DNA from: an uncultured Acidobacteriota bacterium
GTDB lineage: Bacteria > Acidobacteriota > Thermoanaerobaculia > Multivoradales > UBA5704
Direction: 5' to 3'
DNA length: 64,000 nt
NCBI GenBank assembly: GCA_963761805.1
Contig: CAVXIV010000017.1
Coordinates: 8,667 to 72,666, forward strand
Both the position numbers and the translations under genes were made by a program. Shown in pieces: positions 10,301-18,162 of the stretch. The notes beneath the pieces were generated by a model. That model was given only the letters and a program-made list of their open reading frames with translations, was not told the DNA's origin and searched no databases. Position 1 is the first letter of the stretch, and every line of letters starts with the position of its first letter.

Positions 10301-13255
10301 GTGGCGGCCCACGGCGAGGGGGCGGATCTCCACTTGGTGGCCTACCTGGTGCCGCAGGGCGGCGGCCTCGCTCTCGACCGCCTCCGCGATCTCCTCCGCG
10401 AGCGGCTGCCCGCGCCGATGCTGCCATCGGCCTTCCAGGTCCTGGAGCGGCTGCCGCTGACGCCCAACGGCAAGATCGACCGTCAGGCCCTGGCCGCGCC
10501 AACCGTCCGGGAGCCCGCAGCCGCGGCGCCCCCTCGCACACCGGTGGAAGAGGTGGTCACGCAGATCTGGGCGGAGGTCTTGGGCCGGGAGGACGTGGGG
10601 GTCCAGTACGATTTCTTCGCCGCCGGCGGCCACTCCCTGCGGGCGATGCAGGTCGTCTCGCGCCTGCGCCAAGCCTTCGGCGTCGAGCTGACCGTCCGGG
10701 AGCTGTTCGAGCATCCGACGGTCGCGGGTCTGGCGGCGCGGGTGGAGGAGGCCTTACGGCAGGGACTGACCGCCTCTCTCCCGCCGCTGGTGCGGGCGGA
10801 GCCGCACGGGGCGGCGCGGCCGCTGTCGTACGCGCAGCAAGGCTTCTGGTTCCTCGACCGGCTCCAGCCTGGCGGGATCGCTTACAACGTGCCGATGAAC
10901 GCGCGGCTCCCCGGGCCTGTCGACGGGGCGGCCCTGGACGCCGCTCTCCGTGAGATCGTGCGGCGTCACGAGATCCTGCGCACCCGCTATGAGGAGGTGG
11001 ACGGCGTCCCCGTTCAGGTGGTCGGACCGGCCGAGGGCTGGCCGGGCCTGATGGGCGTGGACCTGACCGCCCTGCCCGGCCGAGAGCGGCTGCCCGAGGC
11101 GTTGCGGCTGGCGCGGGAGGAGGCCGCGACGCCCTTCGACCTGCGACTCGGGCCGCTGTTCCGGGCTCGTTTGCTGCAGCTCGCACCCGAGGACCAGTGG
11201 CTCGTCGCGACGGTCCACCACATCGCCTGCGACGAATGGTCGGGCCGGATCCTGCTCCGGGAGCTGGCGGTGCTCTACGAGGCCTGCCACCGCGGGCACC
11301 CCTCGCCGCTGGCGGACCTGCCGGTGCAGTACGGCGACTATGCCGCCTGGCAGAGGAGCTGGATCCATGGCGAGCTCCTGGCCGGGCAACTGGCCTTCTG
11401 GCGCCGGCGTCTGACGGGGGCGCCGGCGGTGACGGCGCTGCCGGTGGACCGGCCCCGCCCGCCGGTGCAGACGTTCCGCGGCGCGCGGCGTCCGGTCAGC
11501 TTGGCGCATCGCGTGGCCGAGGGGCTCCGGGCCCTGGGGAGCCGGGAGGGCGCGACGCCGTTCATGGTCGGTCTGGCCCTGTTCCAGGCTCTTCTGCGGC
11601 GTTGGAGCGGAAGCTGCGACGTCAGCGTGGGCACGCCGGTTTCCGGGCGCCGTCTGGTGGAGGTGGAGGGGGTGATCGGATGTTTCCTCAATACGCTGGT
11701 CCTGCGGGTCCAGGGGGGAGAGGAGGCGAGCTTTCTGGACCTGCTCCGGCAGGTGCGGGAGCGGTGTCTGGAAGCCTACGCAAACCAGGACGTGCCGTTT
11801 GAGCATCTCGTCGAGGAGCTCGCGCCGCAGCGGAGCCTCAGCCATTCACCGCTCTTTCAAGTGATGTTCGTGCTGCTGCACGGAGACGCAGGGGCGGGCT
11901 CCGCCGCCGCGGATCCACCGATGCCGGCTCCAAGCGCGGCGAAGCTCGATCTGTCCCTGCTCCTGCTGGCTACCCGGTCGAGCCTTGCCGGGGAGCTGGA
12001 GTACAACACCGACCTGTTCGACGAGGCGACCGCCGTGCGCTGGTGCGCGGCTCTGGAACGTCTCGCCGAGGCCACTGCCGGCGAGCCGGAGCGCCCTCTG
12101 GCAGAGGTGGGTCCCTTGCCGGAGGGGCAGCGCCGCCAGCTCCTGGCGGACGGACCTCCGAGCGTGCCGGCGGCGGTGGCGACATGCATGGCGGTGACTC
12201 CGCGCGATCTGCTGGAGCTGGAGCTCACATGGCTTTGGGAGGATGTCTTGGAGCGCGGCCCGATCGGAGTGACCGACGACTTCTTCGCTCTCGGCGGCCA
12301 CTCCCTGCTGGCTGTCCGGCTCCTGGCGCTGGTGCGCCGCCGCTTTGGTCACGAGCTCTCCCTCGCCGACCTGTTCCGCGGCGCCACGGTGGAGCGCTTG
12401 GCCCACCTCCTGCGCACCGGCGCCGGAGGCGAGGCCCGCCGTCCCTTGGTAGCCGTCCGCCCGGCCGGGGATGAGCCCCCCCTTTTCTGGGCCCATCCGG
12501 TGGGAGGCAACGTTCTGTGCTACGCGGAGCTGGCGCGGGCCATGGATCCCGGGTTACCCGTCTACGCCTTCCAGAGCCCGGCCCGCGAGCCGGGGGCGCC
12601 GTCACGGATCGAGGAGATGGCCGAGCTGTACCTCGGCGAGCTGTTGGCGCTCCAGCCCCAAGGCCCCTATCGTCTCGGCGGCTGGTCGATGGGGGGGCTC
12701 ATCGCCTATGAGATGGCGGGGCGTCTGGTCCGGCAGGGCCGCACGGTGGAGATGCTCGCTCTGCTCGACACCCATCTCCCCTCGGCGGCGCGGCTCGATC
12801 CAGGGGACGAGGCGGCCTGGGTCGCCGGGTTCGCCCAGGACCTCGCCGGCACCCTCGGACGCTCTCTCCCGGTTTCAGCTCTGAGCCTGCGGACGGAGGA
12901 CCCTCTGAGCGTGCTGTTCGCGAGGTTGTGTGAAGCCGGGCTGGTGCCCGCCAGTCTGGGCCTCGACGAGATCCGTGAGCTCTACGGAATCTTCCGGGCC
13001 AACGCTGCGGCGCTGGCCGCCTACCAGCCGGCTCCCTACCCCGGCCGCATCTTCCTGGTCCAGGCCGGCGGCAGCTCCGCCGTCCCGCGGCGCGATCTCG
13101 CAGGCGCTTGGGCCCCCCTAACTGGCGGCGGCATCGAGAATCTGACGCTCGCCGCCGGCCATTACGAGATCCTCAAGGGGCCGGCGGTTACGCAGGTCGT
13201 CCGTTTTCTGGCCGGCCCGCTCGGCCGGCCGGCCCGCCTGCCCGCTCAGTCGTAG
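4346..13255 (+). CDS. NRPS C-A(Tyr)-T-C-A(basic aa)-T-C-T-TE
   Basis: GTG start after GGAGG; C motifs HHIVFDG, HHILLDG, HHIACDE; A codes by eye DASTVAAVC and DTEDIGTIV; T motifs GGDSI, GGHSL, GGHSL; TE GWSMGG. Confidence 0.95.
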   Translation: MQLAELTARVPERLRGLSPRQLELLKRELRGRGDDLASLRLLRCLEPPRELPLSAGQRRLWVADRLRPGGTAYNLWLAFRLFGPLEIGCLEQAVLAVARRHEVLRTSFAAREPEPVQIVHRELRPGWALVDLSGLPDAVREEVLLRLGREQIARPFDLERGPLLRGVVLRLAAGEHAVLATIHHIVFDGWSAGLFLREVGALYTALLRGVPPRLPELPVQYGDFALWQRRSAGEEGLRTQAAYWREALHEAPRALRLPTDRSLEITHQPAGASVRVSLEPELARALREFARRQGVTVFTVLAAGFGVLLGRLAEQDDILLGTPVSLRDRRELEGLIGLLVNTLVLRLRLQAATAFRRLLDEVRDTILGAHAHQEVPFEEVLAEVFGDRSAFPVQVLFGLLSLPGKPLEIPGLRSLGIDLEMAEAPFPLALNLEDRGEGIAGRIDYRIALFDRTTIHRLARQLQTLLQGAVTAPDRLLGDLPLLSAGERHQVLQEWARTGEELPEGGLVLSLVDAWAAASPDAVAVASGERSLTYRELAAASESWARTLQRRGVGPEVVVGICADPCPELIVGLLAVLRAGGAYLPLETSWPRPRLAAMLEETRVPLLLTVRGLAEGLAPAGSTVLDLAHPPRREASALQPPQIEQDTLAYVIYTSGSTGRPKGVQLTHGGLCNLVREQISLFGVRPGDRVLQCAPLCFDASVSEIFMALAAGAELHLEPREALLPGGELADALSCRAISVLTLPPSLLSALPALEFPELRVLIVAGEVCPPDLIETWGRGRRLFNAYGPTEATVCATSAACEPGCGRAPIGRPLANTRAYVLTADLRPVPPGAVGELWLGGVALARGYFGRPDLTAERFVPDPVGDLPGGRLYRTGDLARFLADGRLECLGRRDHQVKIRGVRIEPGEIEAVLRRHPAVVEAAVLVDGRADRDRTLVAYVAAGGRETSPGDLRGFVAAVLPAAMVPSVVVVLAALPRTAQGKVDRAALAQIRPEATAATSRGEAPRTVLEGLLLELWAETLQQTGLGVDDDFFARGGDSIASIQIAARARKRGLALEPSRIFTAPTVRVLAAALEAERIALGLPARPEDPRAVQEPAETVFPLTPAQHGMLFFHLFSPASRAYFLQAACAIQGSLDAGALRRTWEVLLARHPALRASFVWDGAAAPSLRVPRDVELPWREEDWRGLSAESQRAAWERLLQEDREQGMDLSRAPVMRWALVRCGERSWRFLWTWHHILLDGWSVNVLTREGLRLYQDFRRGEEPDLGPAPSYAAYFTWLRRQDRARAEDFWRGLCAETPPAGRLPLDLGQAASPPAMQHVRSVHARVPSEALRAFAAAHGLTLSTLVQAAWGLLLSRCAGTDGVLFGITTSGRPAAVPDIEDLVGLFINTLPLSLRLPVRVPVLRWLLDIRDRVLAAREHEHWPLPLIQEWMGVTGPQPLCESIVIFQSHPARIEPPGGGAGFEVSEVQSFNHTSHPLVLLAVPGRDLLLEIAWDPGRFDAATVRRLQTHLHSSLEALISDPEAHLDGVDALPPAERQQLLCEWNDTAGDSEPLLIPQRFGRVAAARPEAMAVEGDGQGLTYGELSWRVSRLARRLRRLGVGPEARVGVLLDRDPDLVVALLAVIAAGGAYVPLDPADPAHRTAAVLEDSEASLLLTREPFADHAPSGRWKILRLAAEPPLHEEDPTLPALAGPDHLACVIYTSGTGGAPKGVMVRNGSLARYIEAAADRFGIGPADRVLQFARIGFDTSAEEILTCLTRGATLVLRRDHLAEAAPAFTRFCEEREITVLDLPTAYWSALTEGPGLAAARVPSSLRLVVIGGERASREALHRWRAWTGGSVRLINTYGPTEATIVTSWWELPPGDDPVPEVPIGRPVPGARIHLLDGRMHPVPAGTPGEVHIAGAGLARGYLGRPELTAERFIPDPFANGPGERLYRTGDLARRRMDGALEFLARLDRQVKIRGVRVEPEEVEAALLALPGVHQAVVAAHGEGADLHLVAYLVPQGGGLALDRLRDLLRERLPAPMLPSAFQVLERLPLTPNGKIDRQALAAPTVREPAAAAPPRTPVEEVVTQIWAEVLGREDVGVQYDFFAAGGHSLRAMQVVSRLRQAFGVELTVRELFEHPTVAGLAARVEEALRQGLTASLPPLVRAEPHGAARPLSYAQQGFWFLDRLQPGGIAYNVPMNARLPGPVDGAALDAALREIVRRHEILRTRYEEVDGVPVQVVGPAEGWPGLMGVDLTALPGRERLPEALRLAREEAATPFDLRLGPLFRARLLQLAPEDQWLVATVHHIACDEWSGRILLRELAVLYEACHRGHPSPLADLPVQYGDYAAWQRSWIHGELLAGQLAFWRRRLTGAPAVTALPVDRPRPPVQTFRGARRPVSLAHRVAEGLRALGSREGATPFMVGLALFQALLRRWSGSCDVSVGTPVSGRRLVEVEGVIGCFLNTLVLRVQGGEEASFLDLLRQVRERCLEAYANQDVPFEHLVEELAPQRSLSHSPLFQVMFVLLHGDAGAGSAAADPPMPAPSAAKLDLSLLLLATRSSLAGELEYNTDLFDEATAVRWCAALERLAEATAGEPERPLAEVGPLPEGQRRQLLADGPPSVPAAVATCMAVTPRDLLELELTWLWEDVLERGPIGVTDDFFALGGHSLLAVRLLALVRRRFGHELSLADLFRGATVERLAHLLRTGAGGEARRPLVAVRPAGDEPPLFWAHPVGGNVLCYAELARAMDPGLPVYAFQSPAREPGAPSRIEEMAELYLGELLALQPQGPYRLGGWSMGGLIAYEMAGRLVRQGRTVEMLALLDTHLPSAARLDPGDEAAWVAGFAQDLAGTLGRSLPVSALSLRTEDPLSVLFARLCEAGLVPASLGLDEIRELYGIFRANAAALAAYQPAPYPGRIFLVQAGGSSAVPRRDLAGAWAPLTGGGIENLTLAAGHYEILKGPAVTQVVRFLAGPLGRPARLPAQS

Positions 13256-13528
13256 CGGAACGCGATTATCGGGTCGATCCGCGTCGCGCGCCGCGCCGGG
13301 AAGTAGCTGGCGGCCAGCGATCACCGCGAGGAACAGCGAGATCACTACGAAGATCAGCGGATCGGCCGCCTTGACCTCGAACAGCAGGCTCCCGAGGAAT
13401 CGGGTGAGGAGCAGGGCGGTCACGATCCCGATGCCGACTCCGATCAGCGCGAGCTTAGCCGCGGCCAATCACCAGGCCGATCACGCTGTCGGCCGTCGCG
13501 CCGAGCGAGGTCGCTGAACGGCCGCCCC
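13246..13528 (-). pseudogene. Degenerate duplicate of the ADOP permease 3' end
   Basis: 13246-13507 aligns with 15653-15918 with small indels; 13508-13528 matches about 16408-16428. Confidence 0.9.
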
Positions 13529-13564
13529 GCCCAGCAGACCGCATATCCTCTGGACTCGATACAT

Positions 13565-13840
13565 GAGCAAACCAGGCTGCGGCTTTGCCAAAATCTCCGC
13601 TCAGACGTCGTCCGACCGTCCTCACTACTCCCTTCATCCACCTTGATCTAGTGAACCCAGTTGCGGATCGTCTGCCGTCGGCTCAAACTCTGGCTTACGC
13701 GATAGCTCCTCCGGCGTGCGATCCGCACGGAGGAACTCTACCATCTACTGACGAAACTCTTGGGGTAGGGAGCTCGGTGTTAGGCATCTTGGCCCCTTTC
13801 TCCATAAGGATCATGTCCACTCAGCCGGGTCACCCCAGTC
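13565..13840 (-). mobile_element. IS3-family orfA remnant with probable terminal repeat
   Basis: Minus strand from ATG at 13787 reads, across frameshifts and stops, MPNT..PYPQEFRQ..EFEPT..TIRNWV..DEG..DGRTTSER..AKAAAWFA. Confidence 0.7.
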
Positions 13841-13860
13841 ACGAGCGACCGACCGATCTC

Positions 13861-13890
13861 TTGACAATCGCCCTGTATCAGCTGTAAAAA
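13861..13890 (+). promoter_or_regulatory. Possible sigma70 promoter for the precursor gene
   Basis: TTGACA-18 nt-TAAAAA upstream of an AGGAGG RBS at 13915-13920. Confidence 0.35.
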
Positions 13891-13926
13891 GAACTCTGTA
13901 TCTGGTGCCTAATCAGGAGGAACGCC

Positions 13927-14106
13927 ATGAAGAAGAAGACTGCGACCAGAAACACTCTCTCCATTAAGAGGGAGACAATCAGAACACTTTCGGACTCCGA
14001 GGCGAAGCTGGCGGCAGCCGGCATGGCAAGCTCATGCCCAATTGCTAGCTGCGACCCTCAGACGGATCCTAATTGCGGAGAAACCGGCCTCCCACCGACG
14101 ACCTAG
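13927..14106 (+). CDS. Putative lanthipeptide precursor, 59 aa (absent from ORF track)
   Basis: AGGAGG RBS; MKKKTATRNTLSIKRETIRTLSDSEAKLAAAG|MASSCPIASCDPQTDPNCGETGLPPTT; LxxxRETIRxL leader, Ser/Thr/Cys-rich core, directly upstream of LanC-like gene. Confidence 0.8.
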   Translation: MKKKTATRNTLSIKRETIRTLSDSEAKLAAAGMASSCPIASCDPQTDPNCGETGLPPTT

Positions 14107-14139
14107 TTACCGAGAAACAAAGCCTTACCTTGGTGGCCG

Positions 14140-15264
14140 ATGGACCGGCAAGGTAAGGCTTACGTTGTCCTCACTCAAGTCAGCATCTCCCCCTTGGCCT
14201 CCCACCACAACTCCACGCCTCTTGAGTGGGTCGAGACCGGCGCATGGCCGCAGAGCAAGCGTTCTCCAGGACTAGCAAACAGTTGGCAGGGCGCCGCATG
14301 GGTCGTTTTCAAACGGGAGCGGGCCGGCCATCCGATTCCGGATCGGATCGGCGAGAAGATCGCTCGTCGTCTCAATTCCGAGATGACCCTACCCGTTCCG
14401 AGAGGATACTGCGGCTTTTTCATCGGCTGCGCAGCGGAACCCCTGCTTGCAGCGTACGCCGCTCGCCTGGGACTCGTGGAGATCGCGCTCGTGCGGCGCT
14501 CCTGGACGCGTCTGAGCGACATTTTTCGGCACAGCCGGCAGTGGGACCTGAATCTCGGAGCCGCCGGCGCTCTCCTTGCCTGCTCGGAAATAGAAGAGGT
14601 GCTTCCTGGCATCGTTCCCCGTGCCCTAGCAAAACGTCTGGCAGCCCGCGTCCTGATGGCGATGGACCTATTGTTCCGGCCTGGAACGGCAGGTTGGTTC
14701 ACCGGCATGGCTCATGGCTTGGCGGGGGCGATGTTGGCGATCGAAAGCGGCGTGAGCCGGAGGTATGTTCAGCTGCAGCATAAGGCGTGCCAACGATACA
14801 TCGATGCTCTGGTTGGCGCGGCGACCAGCACCCGTAATGGGGAGCTCTTCTGGCCCCAGGTTTCTGGAGCGACCGAATTCGGCATGCAGTCGTGGTGCCA
14901 CGGGACCCCTGGCGTCGTCTTGGCTCTCCTCGCTCTCCATCGCTTGACGGGAGAGGCGGCCTACATCGAGCTCGCACTAAGCGGCCTCGCGGGTATGGAG
15001 CTGTTGGTTGACGGAGCGACGAGCCCGACGCTCTGCTGCGGCCGGACCGGCTTCGGTCACATTTTTCTCGAAGGGTTTCGCCTTACAGGGGAGCGGAGGT
15101 GGCTCCATGCAGCCCGCCAAGCGGCGCAGACGATCTCACCCCAGTTTCGCCCTCACCAGCTGAGTCTGTACAAAGGTACGCTCGGAGTGGCCTACCTGGA
15201 GCAGCGCTTGGCAGAGCCCTTCGCCTATCCCATGCCAGGGCTCGGCGCGCTGAGTGCTGAATAG
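14140..15264 (+). CDS. LanC-like lanthionine synthetase (cyclase) protein
   Basis: GMAHGLAG, SWCHGTPG, LCCGRTG and LYKGTLG motifs. Confidence 0.85.
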   Translation: MDRQGKAYVVLTQVSISPLASHHNSTPLEWVETGAWPQSKRSPGLANSWQGAAWVVFKRERAGHPIPDRIGEKIARRLNSEMTLPVPRGYCGFFIGCAAEPLLAAYAARLGLVEIALVRRSWTRLSDIFRHSRQWDLNLGAAGALLACSEIEEVLPGIVPRALAKRLAARVLMAMDLLFRPGTAGWFTGMAHGLAGAMLAIESGVSRRYVQLQHKACQRYIDALVGAATSTRNGELFWPQVSGATEFGMQSWCHGTPGVVLALLALHRLTGEAAYIELALSGLAGMELLVDGATSPTLCCGRTGFGHIFLEGFRLTGERRWLHAARQAAQTISPQFRPHQLSLYKGTLGVAYLEQRLAEPFAYPMPGLGALSAE

Positions 15265-15590
15265 CGACGGCTCGCGCAGACGATAACGAAGTCATCAGCG
15301 CAAGAGACTATCTGCCCCAGCCGTTCGGACACCAGCGTCACGAAGAAGCTCTCGCCCAGAGCGTTGTCGAAGCAGTCGCCGACCGAGCCCATCGAGGGAC
15401 AGACCCCGGCTTGGCGACCGCGTTGATCGAAGGCGATGGAGGTATACTGCGTGCCCTGATCGGAGTGAGGGATCACTTCCGATGGCCGGCGCTGCTCCAA
15501 CACCATGTTTAAGGCCGCGACCACCAACTCGGTCCTCAGGTGAGTCGCCATGAACCAGCTGACGACTCACGGCTCCAGACATCCAAGATC
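15265..15590 (-). mobile_element. IS3-family orfB (rve integrase core) remnant
   Basis: ELVVAALNMVL..IPHSDQGTQYTS..SMGSVGDCFDNALGESFF. Confidence 0.85.
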
Positions 15591-15652
15591 ATGTCCCGCA
15601 GCCCGACCTCGCACGCGCCTGGGCCCCCCTGGCTGGCGGCGGCATCGTCCGA

Positions 15653-18091
15653 TCAGTCGTAGCGGAACGCGATCATCGGGTCGATCCGCGTCGCGCGCCG
15701 CGCCGGGAAGTAGCTGGCGGCCAGCGCGATCGCCGTGAGGAACAGCGAGATCACTACGAAGGTCAGCGGATCGGCCGCCTTGACCTCGAATAGCAGACCC
15801 CCAAGGAATCGGGTGAGGAGCAGGGCAGCCACGATCCCGATGCCGACCCCGATCAGCGCGAGCTTGATGCCGCGGCCGATCACCAGGCCAATCACGCTGT
15901 CGGCCGTGGCGCCGAGCGCGATCCGTATCCCCATCTCACGCTGCCGCTGGGAGACTCCGTACGAGATCACGCCATAGATGCCGGCCGCCGCCAGCACCAG
16001 GGCGATGAGAGAGAGAAAGCCGATCAGCATCGCGCTGAATTGAGGCTGGCCGAACGCTTGATTGACCCACTCCTGCATCGTCTTGAGATCCGAAATCGGC
16101 TGGTCCGGATCGATGCCTCGTATCTTCGACCGGACCGCTTGGATCAGGCTGTCCGGCTGGACCGCCGGCGAGGACCGCAGAGTGACGAACATCGAGCGGC
16201 TCGGGACCTGCGGAACGGGGAAGTAGACCTGCTCGCGCGCCTCCCTTTCCAGACCACTCTGCTTAACGTGGCGGACGACGCCGACGACTTGCGTCCACTC
16301 TCCCTTCGACAGCCGCAGCCGTTTGCCGATGGGATCCTCGTCCGGCCAGGCATGCCGGGCGAGCGCCTCGTCGACGATCGCCACCCGCTGGGAGGCCGCG
16401 GCATCCAGGTCGCTGAACGGCCGCCCCTTGACTAGGCGGATGCTCATCGCCTTGAAGTAGCTCGGCGTGATCGACCGTGTGTCGGCATCGACGCTGAGTC
16501 GGCCGGAGGGATGACTCCGGGACTCCAAGTCAATGGTGCCGGACTCATGCGTATCGCTCATGGGCAGACGCGATACGGCGCCGGCCGCGCTTACGCCTGG
16601 AATGGCTTGCAGGTCCGTCACCAGCCGCGTGAAGAACGCCGCCCGCTGGTGGTCGTGCGGATATTTCGCGTTCGGCAGATTAAGCCGCATCGTTAGGACG
16701 TTCGCGGCGGAGAAGCCGGGATCGGCTCTCTGCATCCGCAGGAAGCTTTGGCCGAGCAGGGCGGCTCCGATGAGGAGGACGAGCGCCAGAGAGACCTCGC
16801 TGACCACGAAGACGCCCTGCAGGAAACGTGTCCGCGTACCCGCGCCGCCGCTGCGGCTCCCCTCTTTCAAGGTTTCGGTGAGGGAGGACGACGACGCCTG
16901 GAGCGCCGGCGCTAGGCCGAAGAAGAGACCGACGATCAGGGAGAGGCCGAGCGTGAAGAGCAGGACGCGGCCATCGACCGTGATCTCGCTTAGGCGGGGG
17001 ACGGTGCCCGGGCTGAGCGCGACGAACAGACGGACGCACCAGACGGCAATGAGGAGGCCGAACGCACCTCCGATGAGGGAGAGGATGACGCTCTCGGTCA
17101 ACAACTGCCGGATGAGACGGAGCCGGCCGGCTCCGAGGGACTTGCGAATCGCGATCTCCCGTGTGCGCGCCGTGGCACGCGCCAGGAGCAGGTTCGCGAC
17201 ATTGACGCAGGCGATGAGGAGCACGAAGGCGACAGCCCCGGCTAGCACGAACACCACGGTGCGCACCCCCTGCACGATCTGCTTCTGGAAGGGAACGATG
17301 CTCAGGCCCCAGCCGGTGCTCCGGTAGTTGATCGGGTACTCCCCCTCCAGACGCGCGGCGAGCCCGTTGAGCTCGGCCTGTACCTGCTCCGGTCGGACGC
17401 CGGGCTTCAAGCGGGCGAGAAGGCGCAGAAAATGGGCCCCTCGCTCCTCCTTGGCCAGGTCGGTGGCGATCGGGTGCCAGACCTGAACCTTTCCGAACTT
17501 TTCGTCGGGGGCCAGGAATTCAAAGCCGGGGGGGAGAATCCCGATGACCTGGTATTGCTGATGATCCAGCCGCAGATTCCTGCCGAGGATTCCCGGATCC
17601 CCACCGAAACTGCTCTGCCAGTACTCATGCTGAAGGACCACCACCTTGCGGCTGTTCGGCAGGTCCTCCTCCGGCAGGAACAGGCGCCCCTGGGCGGTCT
17701 CGACGCCGAGGAGCGGGAAGAAGTCCGCGGAGGCATAGCCCGCGCGGATCTGCTCCGGCTCGCCGTCGCCGGTCAGGTTCTCGTTGCCGGAGGTGACGGC
17801 GGCGAGCTTCTCGATACCCTTGATCTGTTGCTGCACATCGAGCAACTCGGGACCCGAAAACCAGAATTCGGGCAACCCCATGGCCTGGAAATGGGTCCAG
17901 AGGACCATCAACCGACCAGGGTTTTTGTAGGGCAGGGGGCGCAACAGGATGCTGTTGGCGACGCTGAAGATCGCCGAGTTTGCACCGATGCCGAGGGCCA
18001 GGGTGAAAATCGCGATCATCGTGATACTGTAGCTCTTGCCTAGCATTTTCAAGCCGAAGCGGACGTCCTGGAGTAGATCTTTCAAGCTCAT
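15653..18091 (-). CDS. ADOP-family (MacB/FtsX duplicated) ABC permease
   Basis: LALGIGANSAIFS, LLIACVNVANLLLARA, REIAIRKSLGA, REMGIRIALGA, PARRATRIDP. Confidence 0.95.
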   Translation of the reverse strand: MSLKDLLQDVRFGLKMLGKSYSITMIAIFTLALGIGANSAIFSVANSILLRPLPYKNPGRLMVLWTHFQAMGLPEFWFSGPELLDVQQQIKGIEKLAAVTSGNENLTGDGEPEQIRAGYASADFFPLLGVETAQGRLFLPEEDLPNSRKVVVLQHEYWQSSFGGDPGILGRNLRLDHQQYQVIGILPPGFEFLAPDEKFGKVQVWHPIATDLAKEERGAHFLRLLARLKPGVRPEQVQAELNGLAARLEGEYPINYRSTGWGLSIVPFQKQIVQGVRTVVFVLAGAVAFVLLIACVNVANLLLARATARTREIAIRKSLGAGRLRLIRQLLTESVILSLIGGAFGLLIAVWCVRLFVALSPGTVPRLSEITVDGRVLLFTLGLSLIVGLFFGLAPALQASSSSLTETLKEGSRSGGAGTRTRFLQGVFVVSEVSLALVLLIGAALLGQSFLRMQRADPGFSAANVLTMRLNLPNAKYPHDHQRAAFFTRLVTDLQAIPGVSAAGAVSRLPMSDTHESGTIDLESRSHPSGRLSVDADTRSITPSYFKAMSIRLVKGRPFSDLDAAASQRVAIVDEALARHAWPDEDPIGKRLRLSKGEWTQVVGVVRHVKQSGLEREAREQVYFPVPQVPSRSMFVTLRSSPAVQPDSLIQAVRSKIRGIDPDQPISDLKTMQEWVNQAFGQPQFSAMLIGFLSLIALVLAAAGIYGVISYGVSQRQREMGIRIALGATADSVIGLVIGRGIKLALIGVGIGIVAALLLTRFLGGLLFEVKAADPLTFVVISLFLTAIALAASYFPARRATRIDPMIAFRYD

Positions 18092-18162
18092 GCAGGGCTT
18101 TCCTTCTGTTGTTGCAATAGGCGGATGAGCGGTGCCCGCTTTGGCGTGGCACCGCCGGTGGC

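Noticed and set aside
439-13121. Many long antisense or alternate-frame ORFs over the NRPS (e.g. 8585-10714)
   Set aside because: Shadow ORFs expected from high GC3 codon bias
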